Origin: Planctomycetota bacterium
GTDB lineage: Bacteria > Planctomycetota > UBA8108 > SXIK01
Assembly: GCA_965223845.1 (NCBI GenBank)
Contig: CBDCXR010000004.1
Coordinates: 3,456,001-3,520,000, forward strand
DNA: 64,000 nt
Reading direction: 5' to 3'
The position numbers and the translations under genes were made by a program. Shown here piece by piece: positions 1 through 8,997 of the stretch (the first letter of the stretch is position 1; the number at the start of each line of letters is the position of its first letter). The notes beneath the pieces are model-generated. The model ran no database searches and was not told where the DNA came from. It worked only from the letters and a program-made list of their open reading frames with translations.

Positions 1-1973
1 GACTCGTCCGCCCGCAGCTCGCGCGCCGCGAGCTTCACGAGCTGCGTCCAGCGCCGGTAGCGCGCCTTGAGCCGCGCGGGGATCGCCTTCGCTGCGGAGA
101 AGCGCGGCCGGCCGACATCGACATCGACGACCGGCCCGATCCGAGCCCAGATCCGATCGACCATCTCGTCGACCGCCTCCGGCGAGAGCTCGCCGCTCAC
201 CCGGGCGTCGATGCGCTCGGCGAGGAGGGCCCGCCGGTCCGCGCGGTTGAGGAATCGCGTCTCGAGCACCGACCACGGCTCGTCCGGCGCGTGCGACTGG
301 ACCGTGCGACGAAAGAGACTCCGGCGCGCCTCGGCCTCCGTCAGCTCGCGAAGCGGCGCGAAATCAGAGATTCCCCACTCGCCCGTGCGGTGATGCTCGA
401 CGAGCCACTCCCAGCGGCGATTCCGCGAATCCTCGAGGAACAGGCGATCGCCGATCGCGCGCGGCTCTCCGCCGAGAAGTGCGGCGAGCGCCCAGCGCTC
501 GACGAACCGATCGAAATAGAGACGGTGGCGAAGGAAGGCGGCGAGTTCTCCCGTCGCGATCGAGTTCAGCTCGTGGACGAACAGCGTCCAAGAAAACAAA
601 TTCCCCGGGCTGCCGACCTTCTTCCCGTACGGCTCCCAGTCGAGGTGGAGCGAGTCACCCCGGCGCGGCTGCGTGAGGAGGCCGCTTCGATCTTCTAGGG
701 ACGTGCGTTTCCGAAACCGAGTCCCGACTTTTTCGAGGTCGAGGTACACCCCGCGGAACGCACCGTTCACCATGAGCACGACGGGACTCGCTCGCGGAGT
801 CGCGAGCCCTACGGCTTCGCTTGCCGCTCGGGAGAGAAGCTCGCGGAGGAGCGTCTCGTCGCCGGCCTCGGCACTGAGCGTGAATCGCCGTCTTCGCCCG
901 TAGAAGAACCGATTGAACTCGGGGTCGAGAGCGATCTTGAAGCTCTTCTTCCGCTGCCAATTCGAACCGCCGGCGTCGAGCTCGACGAAGACGTGATAGT
1001 CGACGCCGAGGTGGCGGAGGACCGCGCGCGCGCGATGCGCCTCGACGCGACGCTCCGAGATGCGCGCGAGCTCCTCCGGGTCGATCTCGAGCGCGTACAC
1101 CGGAAGGCCGAACTCGTGGGGCGCCCGCGGCTGGACGGCGACCGGCTCGCACCAAGCACTCGGCGCGCCGGCGCGCCCGATGGCGCGGATGCGATACCGA
1201 TACTCCGTGAAGGCTTCGGCTTCGAGATCGAGGAACTCCCCCGGGGGAACTTCACGTGCGATCGGCTGAAACGTTCCGGTCGACGTCGCGCGCTCGATCT
1301 CCCACCCGGTCGCCTCCGGTGCGAGCGGCCAGCGAAGAACGGCGCAGTCGGGCCCAGCCGCAGCGCTGAGGACCGGAACGGGCGGTACGGGTTCCGCCGT
1401 GCTCTCGGTGCTCGCGAGCGCAAAGCGCGAAATCCGCGGCGGTCGCCCCTTCCCCACGCGGCGAAACTCGACGTCGAGCCAGCCGTCGTAGACCGCCACC
1501 TCGGCGCTCCGGCTGTACCACGCGAAGTCGCCGACCGCGCCCGCGATGTCGATCGGTGATTCGAGCGGCTTCCCCTCGACGCGGACCTCGAACACGCGAC
1601 GACCGGCGACCGCGACCTCGGTTTCGGCAAATCCGAGCACGAGTCGGTACTTCCCGCGCGGAACACGGACGACGTATTTCTGGATTCCCTCGCGCCAGTA
1701 GAGCGGTCCGGCAAGCTCCTCGGTGCGACCGAACACCGCCGCACCTTCTCGCCGGCCGACCCACCCGCCGACGAACCCGTAGCCGCGCTCCGCGGAAAAC
1801 GGGAGGTCCGCCAGACGCCGCGCGCCGACAAAACTGTCGAGCAACTCCGGAGCGCCCGACGCGGCCGCGGTCCGGCCCGCATCGATCACGACGGGAAGGG
1901 AGATCGCCGGCGCCGCCGCGGCGACGGGTCCCGCGAACGTGGCCAAGAGGACGATCGGAATGAGCGACTTCAT
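1..1973 (-). CDS. Secreted malectin-like + Fn3 + CotH-kinase-like protein (3' end runs off the window; catalytic motifs look degenerate)
   Basis: Not in the ORF track, consistent with no stop before the window edge. Manual translation from ATG 1973 gives signal peptide MKSLIPIVLLATFAGPVAAA, malectin-like YVVRVPRGKYRLVLGFAET..GRRVFEVRVEG, Fn3-like AVLRW..GWEIERA..EYRYRIRA, and CotH-like KKSFKI..LLRE..VLMVNGAFRGVYLDLEKV. Confidence 0.75.
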   Translation of the reverse strand, partial: MKSLIPIVLLATFAGPVAAAAPAISLPVVIDAGRTAAASGAPELLDSFVGARRLADLPFSAERGYGFVGGWVGRREGAAVFGRTEELAGPLYWREGIQKYVVRVPRGKYRLVLGFAETEVAVAGRRVFEVRVEGKPLESPIDIAGAVGDFAWYSRSAEVAVYDGWLDVEFRRVGKGRPPRISRFALASTESTAEPVPPVPVLSAAAGPDCAVLRWPLAPEATGWEIERATSTGTFQPIAREVPPGEFLDLEAEAFTEYRYRIRAIGRAGAPSAWCEPVAVQPRAPHEFGLPVYALEIDPEELARISERRVEAHRARAVLRHLGVDYHVFVELDAGGSNWQRKKSFKIALDPEFNRFFYGRRRRFTLSAEAGDETLLRELLSRAASEAVGLATPRASPVVLMVNGAFRGVYLDLEKVGTRFRKRTSLEDRSGLLTQPRRGDSLHLDWEPYGKKVGSPGNLFSWTLFVHELNSIATGELAAFLRHRLYFDRFVERWALAALLGGEPRAIGDRLFLEDSRNRRWEWLVEHHRTGEWGISDFAPLRELTEAEARRSLFRRTVQSHAPDEPWSVLETRFLNRADRRALLAERIDARVSGELSPEAVDEMVDRIWARIGPVVDVDVGRPRFSAAKAIPARLKARYRRWTQLVKLAARELRADE

Positions 1974-2087
1974 GCGCAGTGAGCAATCGGCAGCGAGTCA
2001 GCCGGCCCGAGGTTCGGCCGTTCCGTACGTAGAAGACACGAGCGGCGAGGAGACACGCGTGACCCGCCGCCGCCAGACAGAAGGCAG

Positions 2088-2096
2088 AGTATACCA
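2088..2096 (-). promoter_or_regulatory. Possible extended -10 promoter element (TGgTATACT) for the CotH-like gene
   Basis: Minus strand reads TGGTATACT about 115 nt upstream of ATG 1973; no -35 element seen. Confidence 0.25.
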
Positions 2097-2325
2097 GGCG
2101 GCTCGATCTCGCGCGCGAAGAGGGCCGATTGAATCCCGCTCGAGCAGCGCCTTCTCCCACCGAGATCAAGCGGGCTCAGTCGAAGTCTCGATGGCCGTTC
2201 TCGACGATCCGCGTTCACGAAGACGACGCGAACGCGCACCACTCTCGCTCGATCTCGATCCGCAGTCGCTCGCTCGGGCCCGCCGCCGCTCCGCGGTCGG
2301 AGAGGGCGCACGCCGGCCGAGGCCG

Positions 2326-2922
2326 CTAAACGCGATCGGCGGACGATCCCGGCGCACTGAGATCCGAGTGTCCACGCACGAAACTGAGCCAGCTCGACTT
2401 CGGACGCCCGACGTGGTAGGTGAGCGCGAGATCTGCCGGGGGCTCGGCCGGAGGACGCAGGGTTCGCATCCCCGTCTGCTCGAGCCGGCGATCTGCCTTG
2501 CGGGCATTGCACCGCGTGCACGCGGCGACGCAATTCGTCCACGACGAAGGGCCGCCGTGCGATCGCGGAATCACGTGATCGACGGAGAGCTTGTGGCTCG
2601 GGAATCGCTTCCCGCAGTATTGGCACGTGTGGCGATCGCGACGGAACAGATTCCGTCGCGAGAACGCGACGCGGGGTCGGGCGTAGCGATGGCCGCTCTT
2701 GAGAAGAATGATCTCGGGAACACGGAGCGGCTTCGAGACCGTCTGCACGAATCGCGGGCGATCGATGGCGAGTCGCGCCCACGCCGCGAAGTCGTACGTC
2801 GCGAAGTCGTCACCGATGCAGCGGGCTAGATCCTTGTAGACGAGCACGAGCGCGCGGCGAACGCTGCACACGCGCACCGGGAGCCAGCTACGATTGAGCA
2901 CGAGGGTCGGCTCGCTGAGCAC
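2326..2922 (-). CDS. HNH endonuclease (HNH_5/McrA-like family)
   Basis: TLVLNRSWLP N-terminus; FSRRNLFRRDRHTCQYCG..SVDHVIPRSHGG..WTNCVAACTRCN..K motif. GTG start at 2922 preferred to 3072. Confidence 0.9.
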   Translation of the reverse strand: MLSEPTLVLNRSWLPVRVCSVRRALVLVYKDLARCIGDDFATYDFAAWARLAIDRPRFVQTVSKPLRVPEIILLKSGHRYARPRVAFSRRNLFRRDRHTCQYCGKRFPSHKLSVDHVIPRSHGGPSSWTNCVAACTRCNARKADRRLEQTGMRTLRPPAEPPADLALTYHVGRPKSSWLSFVRGHSDLSAPGSSADRV

Positions 2923-3676
2923 CGAACAATCGATGATTCTTGGGCGGTCCACTGAACGGTATTCTCCGTGGCACACCACCGCCACCGAGGGGAATCGGCA
3001 CGTATCGGTCGATACGAGCCGCCCTCCGGACTCTTCGCGGCGCGAGCGCGCCCTCGGGGCTCTTCGCGACACGAACGCGATGGTGCGACCTCTCGACGCG
3101 CAGCGTAGCCACCCGATCGGCCTCCGAAGCGGTTTGTTCGGATTGCGCCCGATCTGAGCTGAGGCGAGGACCAGTCCGGCTGCGAGGTCGACGGAGCCGT
3201 CGAACCGTGCCGAATGGGCGCACCGCGTTCGGAGGCGCTACACTCTTACGAGCGTCTCGTACCCGTCCGGTTCTCGTTCCAACTCCGACGGAAGGTCTTC
3301 GATGGCAGAGCGGAACGAACCACCTTGGCGAGGCAGTCAGACGCTACGCGTACCTGGTTATTCTTGCTTTCGCTCGCGAGCCGGGCAAGCAAAACGTCGA
3401 AGCCGAGCGTCGCGACAAAGCACCAAAGCGGAGCGGCGGCACACGAACGGCGGACGTGATGCGTCGAGTCGAACACCGTGTTCTCGGCTCGAACCGAATT
3501 CGCTCGCTTTTTCCCTGCCTTTCTCCTAAGAGGCTGTGTCAACGTGCTCCACTCGGCCGACGTCCGAGCGAGAGACTCCCGCGAGGGAAAGCTTCCCGGC
3601 GACCGAATCCGGTGTCGCGGACGAGACGAAACTCGTCCGCTCGAGGGTAGCGCCCTGTTCAGCCGACCGCTTCGCG

Positions 3677-5248
3677 ATGCCCTCTGAATTCTCCTCCTCT
3701 ACTCTTCATGCGCCGCACGATCCGAGGCCGCCCTCGGCGGTGCGCCGCGGCGCGGTCCCTCGCCCGGTCTTCCTCGGCGGACTGATCTCCGCGCTCCTCT
3801 GCGCGCTCGTCTTCGACCTCGATCAGTACGACGCCGTTGCGTGGGCGGCGCTCCTTCCGCTTCTCGTCTCGCTCGACCGAAACGTTCACCGACCGGCGCG
3901 ACGCTTCCTTCACGGGGCGAGCTTCGGACTCTTCCTCGCGCTCTGGCACCAAGGTTGGTTCTTCCGGGCGCTCTCCGGCGGGAGCTCCGATCCCGCGGCA
4001 TCCTCACAGGTCGAGGCCGCGCTGGGCGCCGCGCTCTACTGGAGCGCAGCCAGCGCGTTCTACGGTGCGCTCGGACTCGCGGTCGGCCCGATCCTTCGCT
4101 GGCGGAGCACCGTCGCCGTTCTCGTCTCCATCCCGACGCTTTGGTGGGGCCTCGAGGTCGCACGTGCGGAGATCGTCTCGTCCGGTATGTCTGCGATCGC
4201 CGACTGGGTCTCGCTCGGGTACGCGATCGGTCGAGGACACGGCGGGGCGCAGATCGCCGCAGTCGTCGGCGTTCACGGCCTCAGTGCCGCGCTCGTCCTG
4301 TGCTCGACGGCGCTTCTCCTTGCGCTCCGCTCGCGGCGGGCGATGACTCAGGCCCTCTACTGCGCCGTCGCGCTCAGCGTCGCCGTCGGAGTCGAAGTCG
4401 GGGGCCGCGTCTCCCTCATGCGGGCCGAGGAAAACACGGCGATCCGAGCCGATGTGGGCATCGTGTCGCAGACGTCGACGACCGCGGCCTTTCTCCTCGA
4501 GTTCGCGAACGCAGTCGCAGCGAGCACCCCCGAGCTGATCCTCTGGCCACAGGTCGTTCTCGAGGATCTCGAGTCCGCGAATGTCGACCCGGTCGCGGGC
4601 GGTGACGCGAGAGTACGCATCGATGTCGAGGGATTCCTCGCGCAGCTCGCTTCGGCGTGGACGAACGAAGCTCCCGAACGCGGCGATCGCCCCGGTCGAG
4701 TGCTTCTCACGGGAGACGGCCGCCTGATCGCGAGCTATCGTTCTCCCCCGGCAGGGGATTCCGATCCGGCGCCGCCGGACGCTTCGTCCGCGCCGCAAGA
4801 CGCCGACGTCTACGCCGCGGCGAACGGCACGTTTTCGCTCGGCGACGGCACGGAGTTCTGCACGGCGAAGAGCGCGCGCGAGCGAACGAAGCGCGGGGCG
4901 CAGCTCCTCGTCGGCGCGGGCCCGACGTCCCCCGCGTGGGGACGTCGCGGCCATCGCCAGTGGACGAACGCGCTCTCGTATCGCGCGATCGAGAACCGGC
5001 GTTGGCTCAGCTTCGTGAGTCCGACGGGAGGTGGAGTCGTCGACGCGTACGGAAACGTGGCGCTCGATCTCCCCTACGGCTTCGACAGCGCCGCGGTCGA
5101 AACCATCGCGTTCCGATCGAGCACGAGCTTTTACACGCGGCACGGCGCGACGCTCGAGGCCGCCGTCCGCGGAGGCGCGGCCGTCGTCGTCCTCATCGCG
5201 ATCGTCTCCGCGTGGCGTCGAAGGCGAGCCGCGCCGGCGGAAGGCTAA
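3677..5248 (+). CDS. Apolipoprotein N-acyltransferase (Lnt)-like membrane protein, catalytic triad apparently degenerate
   Basis: N-terminal TM helices with AWAALLPLL, LWWGLEVAR, WVSLGY, QIAAVVGVHGLS; nitrilase-like domain with LILWP and RAIENRRW; C-terminal SFYTRHG plus TM helix. Start uncertain. Confidence 0.75.
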   Translation: MPSEFSSSTLHAPHDPRPPSAVRRGAVPRPVFLGGLISALLCALVFDLDQYDAVAWAALLPLLVSLDRNVHRPARRFLHGASFGLFLALWHQGWFFRALSGGSSDPAASSQVEAALGAALYWSAASAFYGALGLAVGPILRWRSTVAVLVSIPTLWWGLEVARAEIVSSGMSAIADWVSLGYAIGRGHGGAQIAAVVGVHGLSAALVLCSTALLLALRSRRAMTQALYCAVALSVAVGVEVGGRVSLMRAEENTAIRADVGIVSQTSTTAAFLLEFANAVAASTPELILWPQVVLEDLESANVDPVAGGDARVRIDVEGFLAQLASAWTNEAPERGDRPGRVLLTGDGRLIASYRSPPAGDSDPAPPDASSAPQDADVYAAANGTFSLGDGTEFCTAKSARERTKRGAQLLVGAGPTSPAWGRRGHRQWTNALSYRAIENRRWLSFVSPTGGGVVDAYGNVALDLPYGFDSAAVETIAFRSSTSFYTRHGATLEAAVRGGAAVVVLIAIVSAWRRRRAAPAEG

Positions 5249-5317
5249 GACCGAATCGATCTTCGTCGAACGCCATTCCGGCGGGCCGCCCGGCCGTCAC
5301 GGCGGCGCTTCTTCTCG

Positions 5318-5626
5318 CTACCGCCAGTGATCGGGTCGATCCTCCGGACGAGCCTCCGGACTCTCGCGCAGCCGGCGCTCGAAGTCCGCGAGCGCGTCGG
5401 TCTTTTCGCTCGATTCTTCCGCCACGCGCCGGTCGAACGCGTCCGTGTCGGGGGCGCGCAGCGCCTCGGCGAACGGATCGAACTCGATCTTCGACGCGTG
5501 CACACTGCCGTCCTCCAGACGAAGCTCGAGATACGTCCCCTCTCCCCAATCGAGTTGATCGAGCATCGCCTGCGGAATCTTCACCGCTCCGCTCTCGTCA
5601 ATTCGTACACGCTTACCGTCGGTCAT
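5318..5626 (-). CDS. AbrB/MazE/SpoVT-type DNA-binding domain protein with acidic tail
   Basis: VRIDESGAVKIPQAMLDQLDWGEGTYLELRLEDG fits the swapped-hairpin pattern; GAGG RBS just after the ABC gene stop. Confidence 0.7.
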   Translation of the reverse strand: MTDGKRVRIDESGAVKIPQAMLDQLDWGEGTYLELRLEDGSVHASKIEFDPFAEALRAPDTDAFDRRVAEESSEKTDALADFERRLRESPEARPEDRPDHWR

Positions 5627-5634
5627 GCCTCGCC

Positions 5635-6600
5635 TCACTGAACTCTACCTTCCGTGATCGAGAGAAACGCATCCTCGAGTCGGACGTTCTGTCGCGCGAG
5701 GTACGTCAGCGTGTGATCCTCGGCCACGAGGAGACGCGCGATGACTCCTTCGTCGACTCCGGCCCGGAGGTGGACGAAGATCGACTCGCCTTCGACGTCC
5801 GCGGACTCGATGTCATCGGAGCCGCGGAGGACCTCGGCCGCTTCCTCGTGGCGTCGCGATACCCGCACCTCGTACGGCACCGTGCTCTGGAGCTGGTCGA
5901 GAGCCGTCGCCATGTCGCCCGCGTAGAGGAGCTTTCCCTGCTCGATGATCCCGATCTGATCGCAGAGCTGCTCGAGGTCGGCGAGGATGTGGGAAGAGAC
6001 GATGATCGTTTTGCCCATGTTCGCGAGCTCGCGGAGGAGCTCACGGATCTCTACGCGAGCACGCGGATCGAGCCCCGAGGCGGGCTCGTCGAGCAGAAGG
6101 ACCTTCGGGTCGTGAATGAGCGAGCGCGCGAGCCCGAGCCGCTGCTGCATTCCCCGGGAGAGCGAAGTGACGAGCGTGCGCCGCTTGTCTCCGAGATCCG
6201 TGAGCGCGAGCAGATCGTCGATCAGCGTGCGGCGCTTTTCGGGCGCTATGCGATACGTCGCGCCGAAGAAGTCGAGGTACTCCTCGGTGGTGAGACCGTG
6301 GTAGACGCCGAGAAAATCGGGCATGTAGCCGATCGTGCGCCGGACCGCTCGCGGATGGACCGCCGCGGCGTGCCCCCCGACCCGGATTCGCCCCGCATCG
6401 GGACGCAGAAGCGTCGCGATGAGCTTCAGCGTCGTCGTCTTCCCCGCGCCGTTCGGCCCGATGAAGCCAAAAATCTCGCCGGGGTAGATCTCGAAGTCGA
6501 TGTTGTCGACGGCGACGAGGTCGCCGAAGCGCTTGGTGACGCCGTCGATCGAGACGATGGGCTCTTCGTTGTCGCGCCTTCGCGCTGTTTGTTCCGCCAT
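5635..6600 (-). CDS. ABC transporter ATP-binding protein (ABC-2/DrrA-CcmA-like)
   Basis: Walker A GPNGAGKTT, signature LSRGMQQR, Walker B LLLDEP, SSH switch. Confidence 0.95.
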   Translation of the reverse strand: MAEQTARRRDNEEPIVSIDGVTKRFGDLVAVDNIDFEIYPGEIFGFIGPNGAGKTTTLKLIATLLRPDAGRIRVGGHAAAVHPRAVRRTIGYMPDFLGVYHGLTTEEYLDFFGATYRIAPEKRRTLIDDLLALTDLGDKRRTLVTSLSRGMQQRLGLARSLIHDPKVLLLDEPASGLDPRARVEIRELLRELANMGKTIIVSSHILADLEQLCDQIGIIEQGKLLYAGDMATALDQLQSTVPYEVRVSRRHEEAAEVLRGSDDIESADVEGESIFVHLRAGVDEGVIARLLVAEDHTLTYLARQNVRLEDAFLSITEGRVQ

Positions 6601-6717
6601 GGCAATTCGAGTTCGTAGGTCCTATCCGCTAGCTCTCTCGTTCACTTGTCGACGCGCAGACCACGGAGGTCGAGCTCGCGGCCGCGGCGGCGAGCACCGT
6701 GGTTCCCGGTGCCGTTT

Positions 6718-8673
6718 CTAGGGTTCCTCCACCAACGCGGCGCCGATTTCGAGAGAGCTCCTGACGACCGTGATGCCTTGCGGCACGGGCGAGCGCTCGC
6801 GCACCCGGAGCGTAGGCCACGGCTCGGCGATCACCGCCGCTACGTAGCGCGCTCGAGAGCCACGCGAACGCGGGTCTTCGTAGTAGCGACTCGCATCCCA
6901 TCGCGCCACGCTTCGTGCGCGGACCCCTCCCGCGGCGCTCCACGCACCGGCCTCGAGCCGCGTCGGCTCGCCCGCGAGCGAAAGCTCGAGGACTCCACCG
7001 GCGAGCTGGCGAACGTCGTCGGGTGGGAATTCGTAGACGTCGCCGTCCACGACGACGAACCAGAGGATCGGGTCACGCGAGAGATTCGCCGCGACCTGGA
7101 CCCGCGCGAGCGCTCCGCTCGCGTCGGGGACGATGCGAGCGTTCGTCAACATGCGCTCGGGACGCCACTCGACGCGATAACGATGGTGCGACCAAATGTA
7201 CATCTTCTGCCGCAGCGCGCCGGGAGCGACATCGTCGTCGTAGGTGACGGTTCCCGTTTCCCGCGACGGCGGCCAGACGAATCCCGATTCGACTTCGGGA
7301 AAAAGCGTCCACTCGTGATTCGCATCCGAGTAGACCGCGGCGATGCTCGTACCGAGGACGCCGCCGGGGGCGGTCGAGACGTGGTCGATCCACGTCGCCT
7401 CGCGGTACTCCACCGCGCCGATACGCCCGCGCCCGAGAGCCCACGCCGCGACGCTGAAGAGAATCACCGCCGCGGGGAACGTCACCCAAGTGAGACGCGG
7501 CCGCCCCAGGCGCCGGACGAGCCAAAGGTCGAATGGCGCGATCACGAAGAGATACACCGCAAGGAACACCATGAACCATCCGACGGAGGTACGTTGTTTT
7601 TCCCCCGACGTGACGTAACGCGTCGGGTCGGCAGAGGACGACGGCGCGTGCGCCCGGAACACGGAACCGAAATCACGGGGCGCGAGGAGCTCGGTGAGCA
7701 CGCGCGTCCGCTGCGGCCACCGCTTGTCTCGCGGCAGAGACGCCGGATCGAATCCGAACACGAACACCTCGCCGGCTCCCTCCGGTCGGCGGAAAAGAAG
7801 CGCCGGGAATTCGTCCTCGCCTTCGCCGCCGCCTCCCGCGGGCGGAAACACTCGCTCGAAGCCGGCTGGGGGCGCCGCCACCGTGAGTCCATCTTCGCTC
7901 CTCGCGGGCTTCGACAGATCCACCTTCGGTCCGTCGAGGGCTTCGGTGAGATACGCGAGGAGACGCGGCTCCTGTCGAGATCCGCTCACGCGGAGCGGAC
8001 CGAGGGGGTGATCGGGCGGAAGGATCGCGGGTGCGCTGCCCTCGAGCGCCGGAATGAAGAGCGCGCCTCCCCGTCGCACCCAAGTTGCGAGCGCACGGAG
8101 CGAACGTCCTTGGAGTTGCTCCCACGCTCTCGGGTAGATGACGATCCCATCGAGCCCGTCGAATCCGAGCGGTGAGTCCGGAACATCCATGAATCCGAGG
8201 CTCGGCATGGTCGCCTGGGGGAACTCGAGCGACGGCCCGCCGACCACCGGAACGAAAAAGCGCCGCGGCGTCTCGTACGTCATCAGATCGCCGGTGTGAA
8301 TCTGTTCGCCGCCGGCGTAAATCTCGAGCCGCGGAAACCGACTGGGGAGCACATCGGTGAACGGCTCGGTGTAGAGAAACACCTGCTTTTTCGTTTGCCG
8401 CGGCAGCTCGACGCGCCGGCGCACACTCGGTGTGCCGATGATCCGAAGCTCGACCTCGCGGTCCGTCCCGTCCCCTTCGAGCGTAATCTTGACGGGCGTC
8501 AGCGCCTCGCCTCGCGCGATGCGGTTGAAGCCGTGCTGGATCTCGAACGAGATGTCCGCTCGGAGCGGCGCGAGGGCGAGACAAGTCCACACCAGCACCC
8601 CGATCGCCGCCGCGAATCGCGCCTTACGCCCTCCGCCGAGTTGCCGACGATCGCCCCTCCGCTCGGTCCGCAT
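6718..8673 (-). CDS. Membrane protein with exported glutamine-amidotransferase-like domain and TM hairpin
   Basis: Signal-like N-terminus, DGLDGIVI..ALATWVRRGGALF, then FLAVYLFVIAPFDLWLVRRLGRPRLTWVTFPAAVILFSVAAW. Start uncertain. Confidence 0.65.
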   Translation of the reverse strand: MRTERRGDRRQLGGGRKARFAAAIGVLVWTCLALAPLRADISFEIQHGFNRIARGEALTPVKITLEGDGTDREVELRIIGTPSVRRRVELPRQTKKQVFLYTEPFTDVLPSRFPRLEIYAGGEQIHTGDLMTYETPRRFFVPVVGGPSLEFPQATMPSLGFMDVPDSPLGFDGLDGIVIYPRAWEQLQGRSLRALATWVRRGGALFIPALEGSAPAILPPDHPLGPLRVSGSRQEPRLLAYLTEALDGPKVDLSKPARSEDGLTVAAPPAGFERVFPPAGGGGEGEDEFPALLFRRPEGAGEVFVFGFDPASLPRDKRWPQRTRVLTELLAPRDFGSVFRAHAPSSSADPTRYVTSGEKQRTSVGWFMVFLAVYLFVIAPFDLWLVRRLGRPRLTWVTFPAAVILFSVAAWALGRGRIGAVEYREATWIDHVSTAPGGVLGTSIAAVYSDANHEWTLFPEVESGFVWPPSRETGTVTYDDDVAPGALRQKMYIWSHHRYRVEWRPERMLTNARIVPDASGALARVQVAANLSRDPILWFVVVDGDVYEFPPDDVRQLAGGVLELSLAGEPTRLEAGAWSAAGGVRARSVARWDASRYYEDPRSRGSRARYVAAVIAEPWPTLRVRERSPVPQGITVVRSSLEIGAALVEEP

Positions 8674-8892
8674 CGACTGAAAGCCCGCCTTAGAAAATCG
8701 TACGATGAAGTGCTTAGCCGCCGTCGTCCGCGACGCTTCGGTCGGCACGTCCCCTCGGGGCAATCCGTGAACTAGGATCGCGGTGGGCGTCCAGATTCTA
8801 CCGTCGCCCCTCGGGGAAGGTGAGCCCGTTTCGGACACGTCGACCACGAGACGCACGAGCCGGACGACCGAACACTAGCCGCGAGACCATCG

Positions 8893-8922
8893 TTGACGGC
8901 AGTGAATCGCGAGCCGTAGCAT
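8893..8922 (+). promoter_or_regulatory. Candidate sigma70-type promoter (TTGACG-18-TAGCAT)
   Basis: Near-consensus -35/-10 about 75 nt upstream of ATG 8998, followed by a hairpin and an AAAGGGGG RBS. Confidence 0.35.
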
Positions 8923-8997
8923 CCAAATTAGACGCAATTCCTCGGGTCTTCTCGCGCGCGAGAGGATCCGGCTGAGGTCTACGGAAAGGGGGATTCC

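Noticed and set aside
2326-2922. HNH protein as IscB/Cas9-like or a mobile-element nuclease
   Set aside because: Only about 200 aa; no RuvC or PLMP motifs; no terminal repeats or transposase seen
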